From an archaeon GW2011_AR20 (GTDB taxonomy: Archaea > Nanobdellota > Nanobdellia > SCGC-AAA011-G17 > GW2011-AR20), in contig CP010426.1 of the NCBI GenBank assembly GCA_000830315.1, positions 442,743 through 506,742 of the forward strand: a stretch of DNA of 64,000 bases, given 5' to 3'. Below, piece after piece: positions 1 through 9,829 of the stretch (positions within the stretch are counted from its first letter, which is position 1; each line of letters opens with the position of its first letter). The notes under the pieces are model-generated. The model did not search any database and was not told where the DNA came from. It was given only the letters and a program-made list of their open reading frames with translations. The translations under genes and the position numbers were made by a program.

Positions 1-318
1 TTTGCAGAAGATGTTGCAGATTCAATTGTTTTATTAAGTGAAAATAAAATAGAAGGGAATTTTAATTGCTGCAATGATGACATTGTAACATTAAAAGAAT
101 TAACCGAATTTATGGGAGATGTGGTTGGAATTAAACCCTTAATAGAATATAATTCAAATACCGACGGAGAAAATCACGATGAAAGTGAATTTCCTTTTGC
201 CAATGAAACATTTTATTGCGCGAATGATAAATTAAAGAAATTGGGAATAAAATTTATTCCTTTGTTTGAAGGTTTGAAAGAAGGTTATGAGAATTATTAT
301 AAGAAGATTATTTTCTAA
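1..318 (+). CDS. 3' part of NAD-dependent epimerase/dehydratase-like protein (begins before window)
   Basis: Frame is open from base 1 (FAEDVADSIVLL...NCCND...TLKELTEFM), resembling the C-terminal 'vedva' segment of extended SDRs; stop at 316-318. Confidence 0.55.
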   Translation, partial: FAEDVADSIVLLSENKIEGNFNCCNDDIVTLKELTEFMGDVVGIKPLIEYNSNTDGENHDESEFPFANETFYCANDKLKKLGIKFIPLFEGLKEGYENYYKKIIF

Positions 319-1342
319 TAATTTTTAACCAAGGATGTAATTCAGGTAATTTTTCAGTAAACTCATAACCATAAGTTGTTTCATTCCCGTTTTTCTTAAT
401 GACTTTGAACCCTCTTTTCAAATACAACGGCTTCATTCTCCAATTGCTTTCTATTTCTCTTAAAATTCCTCTTATAGTTTTAGCTCCTCTTTCTTTGGCA
501 AGATGCATCAATTCAATAAGCAAAGCACTTCCAATACCACGACCCATTGTTCTGCATGAAACAGTTAAATCCTTAATCTCCCAATCTTTTGTTTTAGTAT
601 CTAAAATGCATTCAGCAATCAAACCATAATCTCCGAATTTATCAGTTAGTTCAGAAACATAAACTTCTATCTCATTATTATCATATTGTTCTTTTAATTT
701 CTCAAGTTCATATCTATTTCCAGTTGTATTAAGCTCATTTGTCCTATTAAATAACTGAACAACTCTTTCCCAGTCTTTTTCTTCTACTTTTCTTACAACC
801 ATTTTAATATTACAATTTTTCAAGAATTCCTTATAATCTCCTTTATGGTTTTTTTCAGCCTCTTCTCTGTTTCTTTGTTCTTTTAATATTTTTACCCTTT
901 CTTTATCCTCTTCTGTTTCGTTTTCCGGTTTCATAAAATCCAAGGCTAATATATCCAAGGGATCGCCTAGCTCAATTGCTTTAATTCCCGGTAATTGAGA
1001 AAGAACCTCCGCCCTTTGGAATGGATCATCATCTACAAAGCAAACTTCATCTTCCTTAACATTGTATTTATTAATCAATTTCCTTATATTATCTGACTTC
1101 AAGCCCCAGTTAACTTCGGCAGAACCAAAATATTTTTTAATCTCGAATTTATCAAGCATTTTCTCAGCATCTTCATAATAATTCTTGGAGCAAATGGTGT
1201 TCTTTATATCTCTTTTAGTTAATTCCTTTAATGCTTCTTTTGTGCCTGGCTTTAACTCAATGCTATCCTTATCTGTATAATAAACTGTCCCGTTCCACAA
1301 TGTATTATCCAGGTCCCAAACAACTAGCTTTATCTGCGGCAT
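308..1342 (-). CDS. fkbH: FkbH-like protein (HAD-IIIC phosphatase plus C-terminal GNAT-like domain)
   Basis: KLVVWDLDNTLW, FVDDDPFQRAEV, RTNELN, DKFGDYGLI and SCRTMGRGIG match FkbH family motifs. Confidence 0.85.
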   Translation of the reverse strand: MPQIKLVVWDLDNTLWNGTVYYTDKDSIELKPGTKEALKELTKRDIKNTICSKNYYEDAEKMLDKFEIKKYFGSAEVNWGLKSDNIRKLINKYNVKEDEVCFVDDDPFQRAEVLSQLPGIKAIELGDPLDILALDFMKPENETEEDKERVKILKEQRNREEAEKNHKGDYKEFLKNCNIKMVVRKVEEKDWERVVQLFNRTNELNTTGNRYELEKLKEQYDNNEIEVYVSELTDKFGDYGLIAECILDTKTKDWEIKDLTVSCRTMGRGIGSALLIELMHLAKERGAKTIRGILREIESNWRMKPLYLKRGFKVIKKNGNETTYGYEFTEKLPELHPWLKIIRK

Positions 1343-1409
1343 TTTAACCCCTCTTACAAAAAATTTATTCTTTAAAAAGCTATTTAAATTTTCTTATTAA
1401 CAAAAGTTT

Positions 1410-2537
1410 ATGAAAATCGGTTTTTTGATAAATTATTTCTATCCGATGAAAGGGGGGGCAGAAAATAACTGCTTTTATCTAGCTAAAGAACTAGCAAAGA
1501 CTAATGAGGTTCATGTTTTTACATCATTATTAAAAGGAACAAAAAAATATGAAATTATTGATAAAGTTCATGTTCACAGATATAAAACTTTATTTAGATA
1601 CAGATATTATCTGAGTTTTACACCTGGATTGTTATCTGGGATATTAAAAACTAAATTGGATATCTTGCATGTTCACAGTTTTGGTTTTGTATGGCATGAT
1701 TTAATCTTTATGTTTAAAAAAATATTAAGCAGAACTAAAATTATCAATACTCCCCACGGTCCATTCATGGTTTTAAAATATTATAATTATTTTCAAAGAT
1801 CATTTAAAGCATTAGTAGAGAATTTTGAGAGGCTAATCTCAAATAAATTTTATGATAAATTAATCCAAGTTAATCCAGAGCAGTATAAATGGTTGATAAG
1901 ATATGGCATTAAGAAAAATAAAATATTTTTTGTTCCCAACGGCATTTTACAAGATTCTTTTAAAAAAATTGATAACAGAAATTTCATTAAAAAATACAAC
2001 CTAAAAAATAAGTTTGTTATTTCTTACCTTGGAAGAATCCAGAAATACAAGGGGTTAGAGCAAGTTATTAAGATAATGCCAAAATTGAATAAAAATGTTG
2101 CATTCTTGTGCATGGGCAAAGACGCAGGAGATTTAAACAGATTAAAAAATTTAGCAAATAAATTAAATGTTAATGATAGGATAATATTTACAGGGGAGAT
2201 TTCAGATAATGAGGTTTTGGCAGGATTAAATTCAAGTAAAATATTTATTTTACCCAGCGAATGGGAGGCTTTTGGAATCTCTATACTTCAGGCAATGGCA
2301 CAAGGCAATGCAATAATTTCAACAAATACAGAAGGCGGAAGGTTTTTAGTCAAAAAAGAAAACGGATTTTTGTATAATTATGGTGATTTAAAAGACCTAG
2401 AGAATAAAATAAAAGTTTTAATTGCTGATAAAAAAGCTTTAATTAAAATTTCCAAAATTAATAAAGAAAAAGCCAAACAATTTTTATGGAATAATATCTC
2501 TAAAGATTTAGAAAAAGTTTATTTTGGTAAAAAATAA
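1410..2537 (+). CDS. Glycosyltransferase family 4
   Basis: GGAE N-terminal motif; YLGRIQKYKG; EWEAFGISILQAMAQG. Confidence 0.9.
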   Translation: MKIGFLINYFYPMKGGAENNCFYLAKELAKTNEVHVFTSLLKGTKKYEIIDKVHVHRYKTLFRYRYYLSFTPGLLSGILKTKLDILHVHSFGFVWHDLIFMFKKILSRTKIINTPHGPFMVLKYYNYFQRSFKALVENFERLISNKFYDKLIQVNPEQYKWLIRYGIKKNKIFFVPNGILQDSFKKIDNRNFIKKYNLKNKFVISYLGRIQKYKGLEQVIKIMPKLNKNVAFLCMGKDAGDLNRLKNLANKLNVNDRIIFTGEISDNEVLAGLNSSKIFILPSEWEAFGISILQAMAQGNAIISTNTEGGRFLVKKENGFLYNYGDLKDLENKIKVLIADKKALIKISKINKEKAKQFLWNNISKDLEKVYFGKK

Positions 2538-2592
2538 GGTTTTAAAAAGATACAATTATTGACACTTTTTTAAACAACAGAAAGGCTAATCC

Positions 2593-2646
2593 GAAAAGTT
2601 TATATAGTAACTTATAGTTTCCATATAGTAACTTTATGTTACCATG
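2593..2646 (+). promoter_or_regulatory. BRE/TATA promoter with two GTAAC-N5-GTT(T/A)C operator-like inverted repeats upstream of the MNT antitoxin
   Basis: GAAAAGTTTATATAG at 2593; GTAAC-ttata-GTTTC at 2607-2621 and GTAAC-tttat-GTTAC at 2628-2642, 21 bp apart, ending just before the ATG at 2644. Confidence 0.6.
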
Positions 2647-3234
2647 ATAACTTTAACCCAAAAGGAAAGAGAAACTGTAATCATTTTATTCAAAGATTAT
2701 ACTACATATTATAATGCAAATTCTATAAGTAAGGTTCTTGGTATAAGCCATGTTGGAGCCCAGAAGATACTCAAGAGACTTCTTCAGGAAAATTTAGTGG
2801 CTAGTAAAACCATTGGTAAATCGATAATCTACAAACTAGACTTTAATGATACTTATGTGGTTCAGCTTGTTGCTTTTCTACTTGCAGATGAAGCAAATAA
2901 GTTCAAACGCTGGAAAGAGGAATTTAAAGAAATCTTTAGGGGAGATAGAATAGTCATGCTTTTTGGATCCGTAGTTAAAGATTATGCTCATGCTAAAGAC
3001 ATTGATGTTATGATAGTGATGGACTATAAGGCTATTAAAGAGGTAAATGCAATCCTAAATAAGAGAGAAAAAATGCTGCCTAAAAAACTTCACGTTATTA
3101 AACTGACTCACCAAGACTTATTTGAGAATCTTAAAAAGAAGGATAAAGCAATAACCGATATTGTGAAAAATGCAATTATCTTGTACGGGCAAGATAAATA
3201 TGTGGGAATAATGAAAAATGTCACAAGCTTCTAA
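2644..3234 (+). CDS. wHTH-nucleotidyltransferase (MNT) antitoxin
   Basis: N-terminal HTH (NSISKVLGISHVGAQKILKRL); LFGSVVKDYAHAKDIDV fits GSx10DxD. Confidence 0.8.
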   Translation: MITLTQKERETVIILFKDYTTYYNANSISKVLGISHVGAQKILKRLLQENLVASKTIGKSIIYKLDFNDTYVVQLVAFLLADEANKFKRWKEEFKEIFRGDRIVMLFGSVVKDYAHAKDIDVMIVMDYKAIKEVNAILNKREKMLPKKLHVIKLTHQDLFENLKKKDKAITDIVKNAIILYGQDKYVGIMKNVTSF

Positions 3235-3748
3235 ACATGTTGAATGGTGTTTGAATAAAGCAAAGAAAGAGATTGAAGAATGCAAAAAATTGGGTAAAAG
3301 GCCAAAGCATAAGGGTTTGTTAAAAATAAATCCGAACATTGATGAAGCCAAGGGGCATCTCGCTAAAGCAGAGCATAATCTGGATGGAATTAGCAGGTTT
3401 AAGGAGATTGGATTTTCTGATTGGTCCATGTCTGCGGGATTTTATTGCATTTATCATTGTTTTCTTGCTATTGTTGCTAAATTTGGCTACGAATCGGCAA
3501 ATCAAACATGCACAATTGCTTTAATGAGATTCCTCAAAGAGAATAACAAAATTCAGCTTGATGAAAAATTTATTGAATTATTGGAATATGAAGAAATGGA
3601 AGACATTAAAGATAACAGCGTTATTGACTTAAGAGAAAATTATACCCATGGCATAAAAATTTCAGTAAAAGATGAAGCAAAAATCAATGAATTGAAAAAG
3701 ACTTGCAAAGAACTTATTGATATTACCAAAGAGATAATTTTCAAATAA
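3218..3748 (+). CDS. HEPN-domain toxin
   Basis: Overlaps the MNT stop; KAEHNL...AGFYCIYH helix; RENYTH fits Rx4H. Confidence 0.8.
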   Translation: MSQASKHVEWCLNKAKKEIEECKKLGKRPKHKGLLKINPNIDEAKGHLAKAEHNLDGISRFKEIGFSDWSMSAGFYCIYHCFLAIVAKFGYESANQTCTIALMRFLKENNKIQLDEKFIELLEYEEMEDIKDNSVIDLRENYTHGIKISVKDEAKINELKKTCKELIDITKEIIFK

Positions 3749-3834
3749 ACACGTTCATATTCAGAGTAAAAGTATTAAGGATGCCAAGTTTGATGTTTGA
3801 ATAGTTATTTAAAACTTTATTTCTTTATTAAATT

Positions 3835-4971
3835 ATGAAAATAGCATTTATATGCCCATATTATGATCCTGCAATAGATGGACCAAAGCAGGTAATTAAA
3901 GAATTAGCCACAAGACTAATAAAAGATAACCACGAAGTTCATGTTTACACTTCTGATTCTGATAAATACAAAAGAATAAAGAAAAAAGAAGAAATCGTCG
4001 ATAAAGTTCATGTTCACAGATGTTATTCATGGTTTAAAATAGCAAATTTTGTTAATTTTTTCCCAGGTGTTTTTACAAAATTATTAAAAGAAGATTTTGA
4101 TATAATTCATACCCATGTTTTTGGCCATCCTCATGTTTTTTTCGCAAGTTTTGCTAGTAAAATAAAAGGAATAAAACTGATTCACACAACACATTGCCCA
4201 TGGACTCAAGCCAATAGGTCATTATTGGGAAGAATTTTATTAAATTTGACATATTCAACATTAAGCAAATTTGCTGTAAATTTATCCGACAAGATTATAG
4301 CAATAACACCGTGGGAACTACAATTTTTTAAAAAATATGGGGTTCATAAACCAATTATGGTTCCGAATGGGGTTGATAATATCTTCTTTGAAAAAATTAA
4401 AAACAATTCATTTAAGAAAAAATTAAAAATTAAGGGAAAATTAGTCTTGTTTTTCGGAAGATTAAACATAACCAAAGGACCTGATAAATTCATTTTAGCA
4501 GCTAAGGAAATATTAAAGAAAAGAAAAGATGTTTACTTTGTTTTGGTTGGTCCAGATGAAGGCATGAAAAATAAATTAATTAAAATGATTAATCACAAAA
4601 ATATCTTATTGTTAAACCCGATTTATGACAGAAAAAAAATTGCAGAAATGTACCAAGCTTCTAATGTCTATGTTATTCCTAGTTTCAGAGAAGGACTGCC
4701 TTTAACTTTATTTGAGGCAATGGCATCTGGTTTACCGATTATAGCCTCACCTGTGAATGGAATTCCTTATGAAATGGATGAAAAGAATGGGATCTTTGTA
4801 AACTATGGAGATATACAAGGCTTAAAAGAAGCTATTTTGAAAATCCTTCATAACCCTAAATTAGCTAGAAAATATGCTTTAAACAACAAAAAAACAGCCT
4901 TAAAATACAAGTGGGATGCAATTTATCAGAAAACCTTGAAATTATATAAAGAAATTTTAACCTCTAATTAG
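3835..4971 (+). CDS. Glycosyltransferase family 4
   Basis: FFGRLNITKG; EGLPLTLFEAMASG; shares IVDKVHVHR with the GT4 at 1410. Confidence 0.9.
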   Translation: MKIAFICPYYDPAIDGPKQVIKELATRLIKDNHEVHVYTSDSDKYKRIKKKEEIVDKVHVHRCYSWFKIANFVNFFPGVFTKLLKEDFDIIHTHVFGHPHVFFASFASKIKGIKLIHTTHCPWTQANRSLLGRILLNLTYSTLSKFAVNLSDKIIAITPWELQFFKKYGVHKPIMVPNGVDNIFFEKIKNNSFKKKLKIKGKLVLFFGRLNITKGPDKFILAAKEILKKRKDVYFVLVGPDEGMKNKLIKMINHKNILLLNPIYDRKKIAEMYQASNVYVIPSFREGLPLTLFEAMASGLPIIASPVNGIPYEMDEKNGIFVNYGDIQGLKEAILKILHNPKLARKYALNNKKTALKYKWDAIYQKTLKLYKEILTSN

Positions 4972-5054
4972 GAATAACATAGAAAGATTTTAAAAGCTTT
5001 TGCTGAAAATTTTATTTCAAAGAATATTTAAATTTTTTTATTATTTGAAATATT

Positions 5055-5417
5055 ATGGATCTTTCAATTTTAGTAAAAAACCATGAAGGTAAGTCAAAAG
5101 AAGATTTAATAGACGAAGGAAGAAAAGAATTATTAAAATTATTTGGGATAGAACCAAATTTTTGGAAAAGATTAAGAACTGGAAAAAGAAAATCAAAGTT
5201 ATTAACAAAAGATGAGATAGCAAAAATTTTACTTGATAGCTCCTTAGTGAATAGTTTAGAACAGGGGTTAAGTGAAGTTGAAAAAATGATGAATTATAAT
5301 AGTTTTGAATATCCCATAACAATAAAAACAAAAAAAGTTGGCGAAGAATTAAAATATTGGGTTAAATATATCGATAAAGCATTTTATGAATATTATGACA
5401 AGGTTATTTATGATTAG
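5055..5417 (+). CDS. Hypothetical protein
   Basis: 120-aa ORF co-oriented with neighbours, typical composition, no recognised motif. Confidence 0.6.
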   Translation: MDLSILVKNHEGKSKEDLIDEGRKELLKLFGIEPNFWKRLRTGKRKSKLLTKDEIAKILLDSSLVNSLEQGLSEVEKMMNYNSFEYPITIKTKKVGEELKYWVKYIDKAFYEYYDKVIYD

Positions 5418-5458
5418 TTAAAACCAAGCTTTTTAAGATTTTTTGTTTAGGGTTTAAT

Positions 5459-7351
5459 ATGAATATTTTGATTATAAAACTGGATGCATTAGGAGATGTA
5501 CTTAGAACCACATCTATCTTACAGGGATTAAAGGAAAATTATCCAGATTCAGAAATAACTTGGGTAACAAAAAAAAATGCAATTCCATTAATAATTAGCA
5601 ACCCCTATATCAAAAATGTTTTAGATTATAATAACTTATATGATGATTTAGTTCATAAAAAAATTGGATATTCTTTTGATTTGGTTATAAATTTGGATGA
5701 AGATTTTAATGCTTGTTTTTTAGCAAGTAAAATAAAATATAAGAAATTAGTTGGTTTTTATTTAAAAGATAAAAAAGTCCTACCAACCAAAACAGCAAGA
5801 GAGTATTATGACATGTCTGCTTTGGGAGAAAAACCAAAAAATGACGTTTTAAAAAAGAAGAATAAAAAAACATACCAGCAGCTAATTCTTGAGATAATAG
5901 GAATAAAGGCAAAGAATTATGATACTTTATTATATTTAACAAAGAAACAAAAACAATTTGCTAGGGATTTTGCAAGACGCTATAATATAAATGAAGATGA
6001 TATTGTTGTTGGAATTAACACGGGTTCGGCAGATAGATGGCCGAAATCATTAAGCATAGAAAAAACAGCTTCTTTGATCGAAAAATTGTATAAAGAATTG
6101 AAATGCAAAATAATTCTGTTTGGCGGGCAGAATGAAATAGAAAGGAATAATCAAATAATGGCTCTGGCAAAAGCACCATTAATACATTCGGGTTGCGGAA
6201 ATGATTTATTTGAATTTCCTGCTGTAATAAATTTATGTAAATTATTTATTACTTCAGATACTTTAGGATTGCATATTGCCTTAGCATTAAAGAGAAGAAC
6301 AATTGCATTATTCGGGCCAACTTCTGCAAACGAAATAGAAATGTATGGTTTAGGGAAAAAAATAATTTCTAAGTCAAAATGTTACTGCTGTTATAAGAAA
6401 GATTGTGGCGCAATGCAGTGGATAAGGGTTGATGAGATAATTAAAGAGGCCAGAAATTTAATAAAAGAAAAAATCTCTATTGTTGTTACATCATTCAAAG
6501 AACCAAACCTAGATTTGGCAATTAAATCTATATTAAACCAAAAAATAAACTACAATTATGAGATCATTGTTGTTGCACCAGATAAAGAGGCCGAACTTTT
6601 AGTCAGAGATTATTCTAAAAAATACAACATAAAATATTTTAAAGATCCTGGTAAAGGTAAATCTTACGCACTTAATTTATTGTTGGGCAAAATAAAAGGC
6701 AATCTGATAATCCTTACAGATGGTGACGTAATTGTCGGATATAATTCTATAAATGAAATTATTGATGCGTTTAAGAATCCTTTAATCGGAATTGCTACCG
6801 GAAGGGTAATTTCTTCAAATAAAAAAACCAATAAGCTTGGTTATTGGAGTCATTTATTGGCCGATGCTGGAGCACATAGAATCAGAAAAAAACTATTTTT
6901 ACAAAATAAATTCTTAGAATGTTCAGGTTATTTATTTGCTTTTAGAAATGGTATTATAAAACAATTTCCCCTGGACGTTGCAGAAGATACTATAATCCCT
7001 TACATGTTTTATATCAAGAATTATAAAATCGGTTATGCGGAAAAAGCCATTGTTTATGTAAAAAATCCAGATAACGTTAAAGACTGGATTAAGCAGAGAA
7101 AAAGAACCGCTAAAGCACACGAAACCCTAACAAAATATTACCCAAATTTCCCGAGGGTAAAGTCATTTTTGAATGAAATCAAGTTTGGAGTGTTTGCAGC
7201 ATTGGGTTACCCAATGAATGCCAGAGAGATGTACTGGACGGTTCAATTATTCTTTGTGAGGGCTTATATGTGGTTTCTAACCCTGGCAGAATCTAAATTA
7301 TTAAAAAAACAATACCAAGATGCTTGGGAAAAAATTCACTCAACCAAATAA
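5459..7351 (+). CDS. GT9 (heptosyltransferase-like) - GT2 fusion glycosyltransferase
   Basis: N-half: IIKLDALGDVLRTT, FITSDTLGLHIALAL, IALFGPTS (GT9). C-half: ISIVVTSFKE, LTDGD, VAED (GT2). Confidence 0.85.
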   Translation: MNILIIKLDALGDVLRTTSILQGLKENYPDSEITWVTKKNAIPLIISNPYIKNVLDYNNLYDDLVHKKIGYSFDLVINLDEDFNACFLASKIKYKKLVGFYLKDKKVLPTKTAREYYDMSALGEKPKNDVLKKKNKKTYQQLILEIIGIKAKNYDTLLYLTKKQKQFARDFARRYNINEDDIVVGINTGSADRWPKSLSIEKTASLIEKLYKELKCKIILFGGQNEIERNNQIMALAKAPLIHSGCGNDLFEFPAVINLCKLFITSDTLGLHIALALKRRTIALFGPTSANEIEMYGLGKKIISKSKCYCCYKKDCGAMQWIRVDEIIKEARNLIKEKISIVVTSFKEPNLDLAIKSILNQKINYNYEIIVVAPDKEAELLVRDYSKKYNIKYFKDPGKGKSYALNLLLGKIKGNLIILTDGDVIVGYNSINEIIDAFKNPLIGIATGRVISSNKKTNKLGYWSHLLADAGAHRIRKKLFLQNKFLECSGYLFAFRNGIIKQFPLDVAEDTIIPYMFYIKNYKIGYAEKAIVYVKNPDNVKDWIKQRKRTAKAHETLTKYYPNFPRVKSFLNEIKFGVFAALGYPMNAREMYWTVQLFFVRAYMWFLTLAESKLLKKQYQDAWEKIHSTK

Positions 7352-7386
7352 CAATATTTTTAAAGATTGTAAGTTATTAATCATTA

Positions 7387-8892
7387 ATGGAAGAAAATCA
7401 GGAAATTAAAAAGAATAAATCAAAAGAATTTCTTAAGAATAATTTACCAATAATATTAATTTTATGTTTAGGGTTTGCTATAAGAGTTTATTATTTTATC
7501 TTAACAAAAAATCAAGCGGAATGGTATGATTCGGGAGAATATTTGAGTATGGCTTCTCATTGGGCCTTTAATTTACCTTACGAATTTAATTCTCAAAGAC
7601 CTCCCCTATTCCCTTTAATGGAGGCATTATTCTTAAAATTAGGATTTGGCGACAATTTATTAAAATTCATTGTTGAAGTAGTTCCCTCAACATTGTTAAT
7701 TTTAATTTCATATTTAATTGTAAAAGAAATGTATAATAAAAAATTGGCTTTATTAACAAGTTTTTTTATATCTATATTTTGGCTAATTTTATTTAACACT
7801 GTAAGACTGCACGCAGATATTCCATTATTGTTCTTTTCATATTTGGCAGTTTATTATTTTTGGAAAGGTTATGTAAAAAAAGAAAGAAAATATCATTTGT
7901 ATCTGGCATTTATTTTTTTAGCATTAGCATTTTTAATAAAATTAACAGCGGGATTATTCGGAATAATATTCTTAATATTCTTAATTCTTACAGACAAGTT
8001 AAAATTCTTAAAAGACAAACACTTATGGATATCTTTTGTCTTGTTTTGCCTTATTTTATTGCCTTATTTTATATGGCAAAATAACACTTTTGGAAGCCCC
8101 ACCGCATTTTTATTTGCAAGTCATGTTACTTATGATCCTGGAGGAATTACATCTTATAAGCCAATTGGATGGTACGTTCTTAACTGGATTCCGTGGATGC
8201 TTCATACCCCCTATTTTATTTTATTTTTAATTGGATTGATAACATTGTACACTTTATTTTTAAGTTTGGATTTAATTTTAAAGAATAAAAGCAATGAAAA
8301 ATATAATGATTTGCTTATTTTTTTATGGATTTTATTAACATTGACTTATTTTATATTTTTAGAAAGAGACGCAGAAGACAGATGGTTATTACCAATTGCC
8401 CTTCCATTATTAATTTTAGTTTCCAAGGGATTATACTTTGTTTACGATTTAATTAAAAAATATCAAAAGCAAGTTGCCGTATCGGTTTTTATTATTTTAA
8501 TCTTAATTGGGGGTTATTTCCAATTAGCAAGGGCTTCAGAAACAATAAATGATAAAAAAGATTCGTATAAAGAAGTTAGAGAATCTTCATTATGGATAAA
8601 GGAAAATTCTAATCCAGACGACATTATATTTAGCAAATCTTTAACCCAAGTAACTTATTATGCACAGAGGCAGGTTTTTGGCTTTGGCGGAAATGAAACA
8701 GAATTTAAAAATGATGTTAAGAAATACAAGCCAAAATATATTGTTTTTTCAATATTCGAACCGCATGGCATTACCTTGACGTACCCGGAAAAATTTAAAG
8801 ATTCTTTAGAACCTGTAAAAGCTTACTATGCCGGAGATGATAATACAAAATATGTTTTGGTTATTTATAAGTTTAAGAATTATGACTTATAA
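7387..8892 (+). CDS. GT-C fold membrane glycosyltransferase (ArnT/PMT-like)
   Basis: Multi-TM; YDSGEY acidic loop motif; RPPLFP; DRWLLP; soluble C-terminal domain. Confidence 0.75.
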   Translation: MEENQEIKKNKSKEFLKNNLPIILILCLGFAIRVYYFILTKNQAEWYDSGEYLSMASHWAFNLPYEFNSQRPPLFPLMEALFLKLGFGDNLLKFIVEVVPSTLLILISYLIVKEMYNKKLALLTSFFISIFWLILFNTVRLHADIPLLFFSYLAVYYFWKGYVKKERKYHLYLAFIFLALAFLIKLTAGLFGIIFLIFLILTDKLKFLKDKHLWISFVLFCLILLPYFIWQNNTFGSPTAFLFASHVTYDPGGITSYKPIGWYVLNWIPWMLHTPYFILFLIGLITLYTLFLSLDLILKNKSNEKYNDLLIFLWILLTLTYFIFLERDAEDRWLLPIALPLLILVSKGLYFVYDLIKKYQKQVAVSVFIILILIGGYFQLARASETINDKKDSYKEVRESSLWIKENSNPDDIIFSKSLTQVTYYAQRQVFGFGGNETEFKNDVKKYKPKYIVFSIFEPHGITLTYPEKFKDSLEPVKAYYAGDDNTKYVLVIYKFKNYDL

Positions 8893-9829
8893 AAACACTT
8901 ACGTACATCAAAGTTATCAAAAACATAGCTAAAGGATGCAGTAACCATGCAATATCTTTTGTTTTAATTAATTTTCTTAAACTATCAAATAAATTAGGAA
9001 TTATTGTTAAATTTGATATGATAAATAAAGAAAATATCAAGAATTCATTAAATGTTCTTGGAAGCCAGGAATAATTTCTTTTGTATTTATTTTTGGTATT
9101 ATAATGTACGACCCAATACCATCTTTTTCTTAAAAATTCACTGAAAGAATTGATTGTTAAGTGATGTGTATAAGCGTTTTTTGGAATTGCTAATTTATTT
9201 ATCCCAAGTTTACATAGAGAATAAATCATTTCAACATCCTGTACAAATCCACCGATTTTATTTAATAAATTTTTTCTAACTAAAAATACATTACCCCCGG
9301 TACATAAGCAATTCTCTAAATTAATGTTATAAGCATAATATCTTCCTTCATCTTTTAATTTAATTCTATCTAAAGTCATTCTTCCTTCTAATGAACGATA
9401 AACAGCAAAAGGATCCGTTCCTATATAACTTAAGTACCTGTTTGTAATATTATCATTCTTATTAATATATATTTTACAAGCTACCCCAAAAATTTCTTTG
9501 TCATTAATTAAAGGAAAAACCAGTTCTCTTAGACAATTATTATTGATTAATTTATTATCCTGATCGATAAATGCTATAATCTCACCTTTAGCTTTTTTTG
9601 CACCTTGAGATTTACCCATCCCGGGACCTTCAGGAAATTGTTTTTTATTATGAATAATTTTAACCTTATAATTTTTTAATAAGTCTAAAGTTCCATCTCT
9701 GCTTCCACCATCAACGCAGATGATTTCAAAATTCTTATAACTTTGAGAAAAAATGCTATCTAAACATCTTTCGACTAATTTTTTTGCATTATAAGTGCAA
9801 ATTATTATGCTAACTTTTGGGTTTTTCAT
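8873..9829 (-). CDS. Glycosyltransferase family 2
   Basis: VSIIICTYN, VDGGSRDGT, FIDQD. Confidence 0.9.
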   Translation of the reverse strand: MKNPKVSIIICTYNAKKLVERCLDSIFSQSYKNFEIICVDGGSRDGTLDLLKNYKVKIIHNKKQFPEGPGMGKSQGAKKAKGEIIAFIDQDNKLINNNCLRELVFPLINDKEIFGVACKIYINKNDNITNRYLSYIGTDPFAVYRSLEGRMTLDRIKLKDEGRYYAYNINLENCLCTGGNVFLVRKNLLNKIGGFVQDVEMIYSLCKLGINKLAIPKNAYTHHLTINSFSEFLRKRWYWVVHYNTKNKYKRNYSWLPRTFNEFLIFSLFIISNLTIIPNLFDSLRKLIKTKDIAWLLHPLAMFLITLMYVSVFISHNS

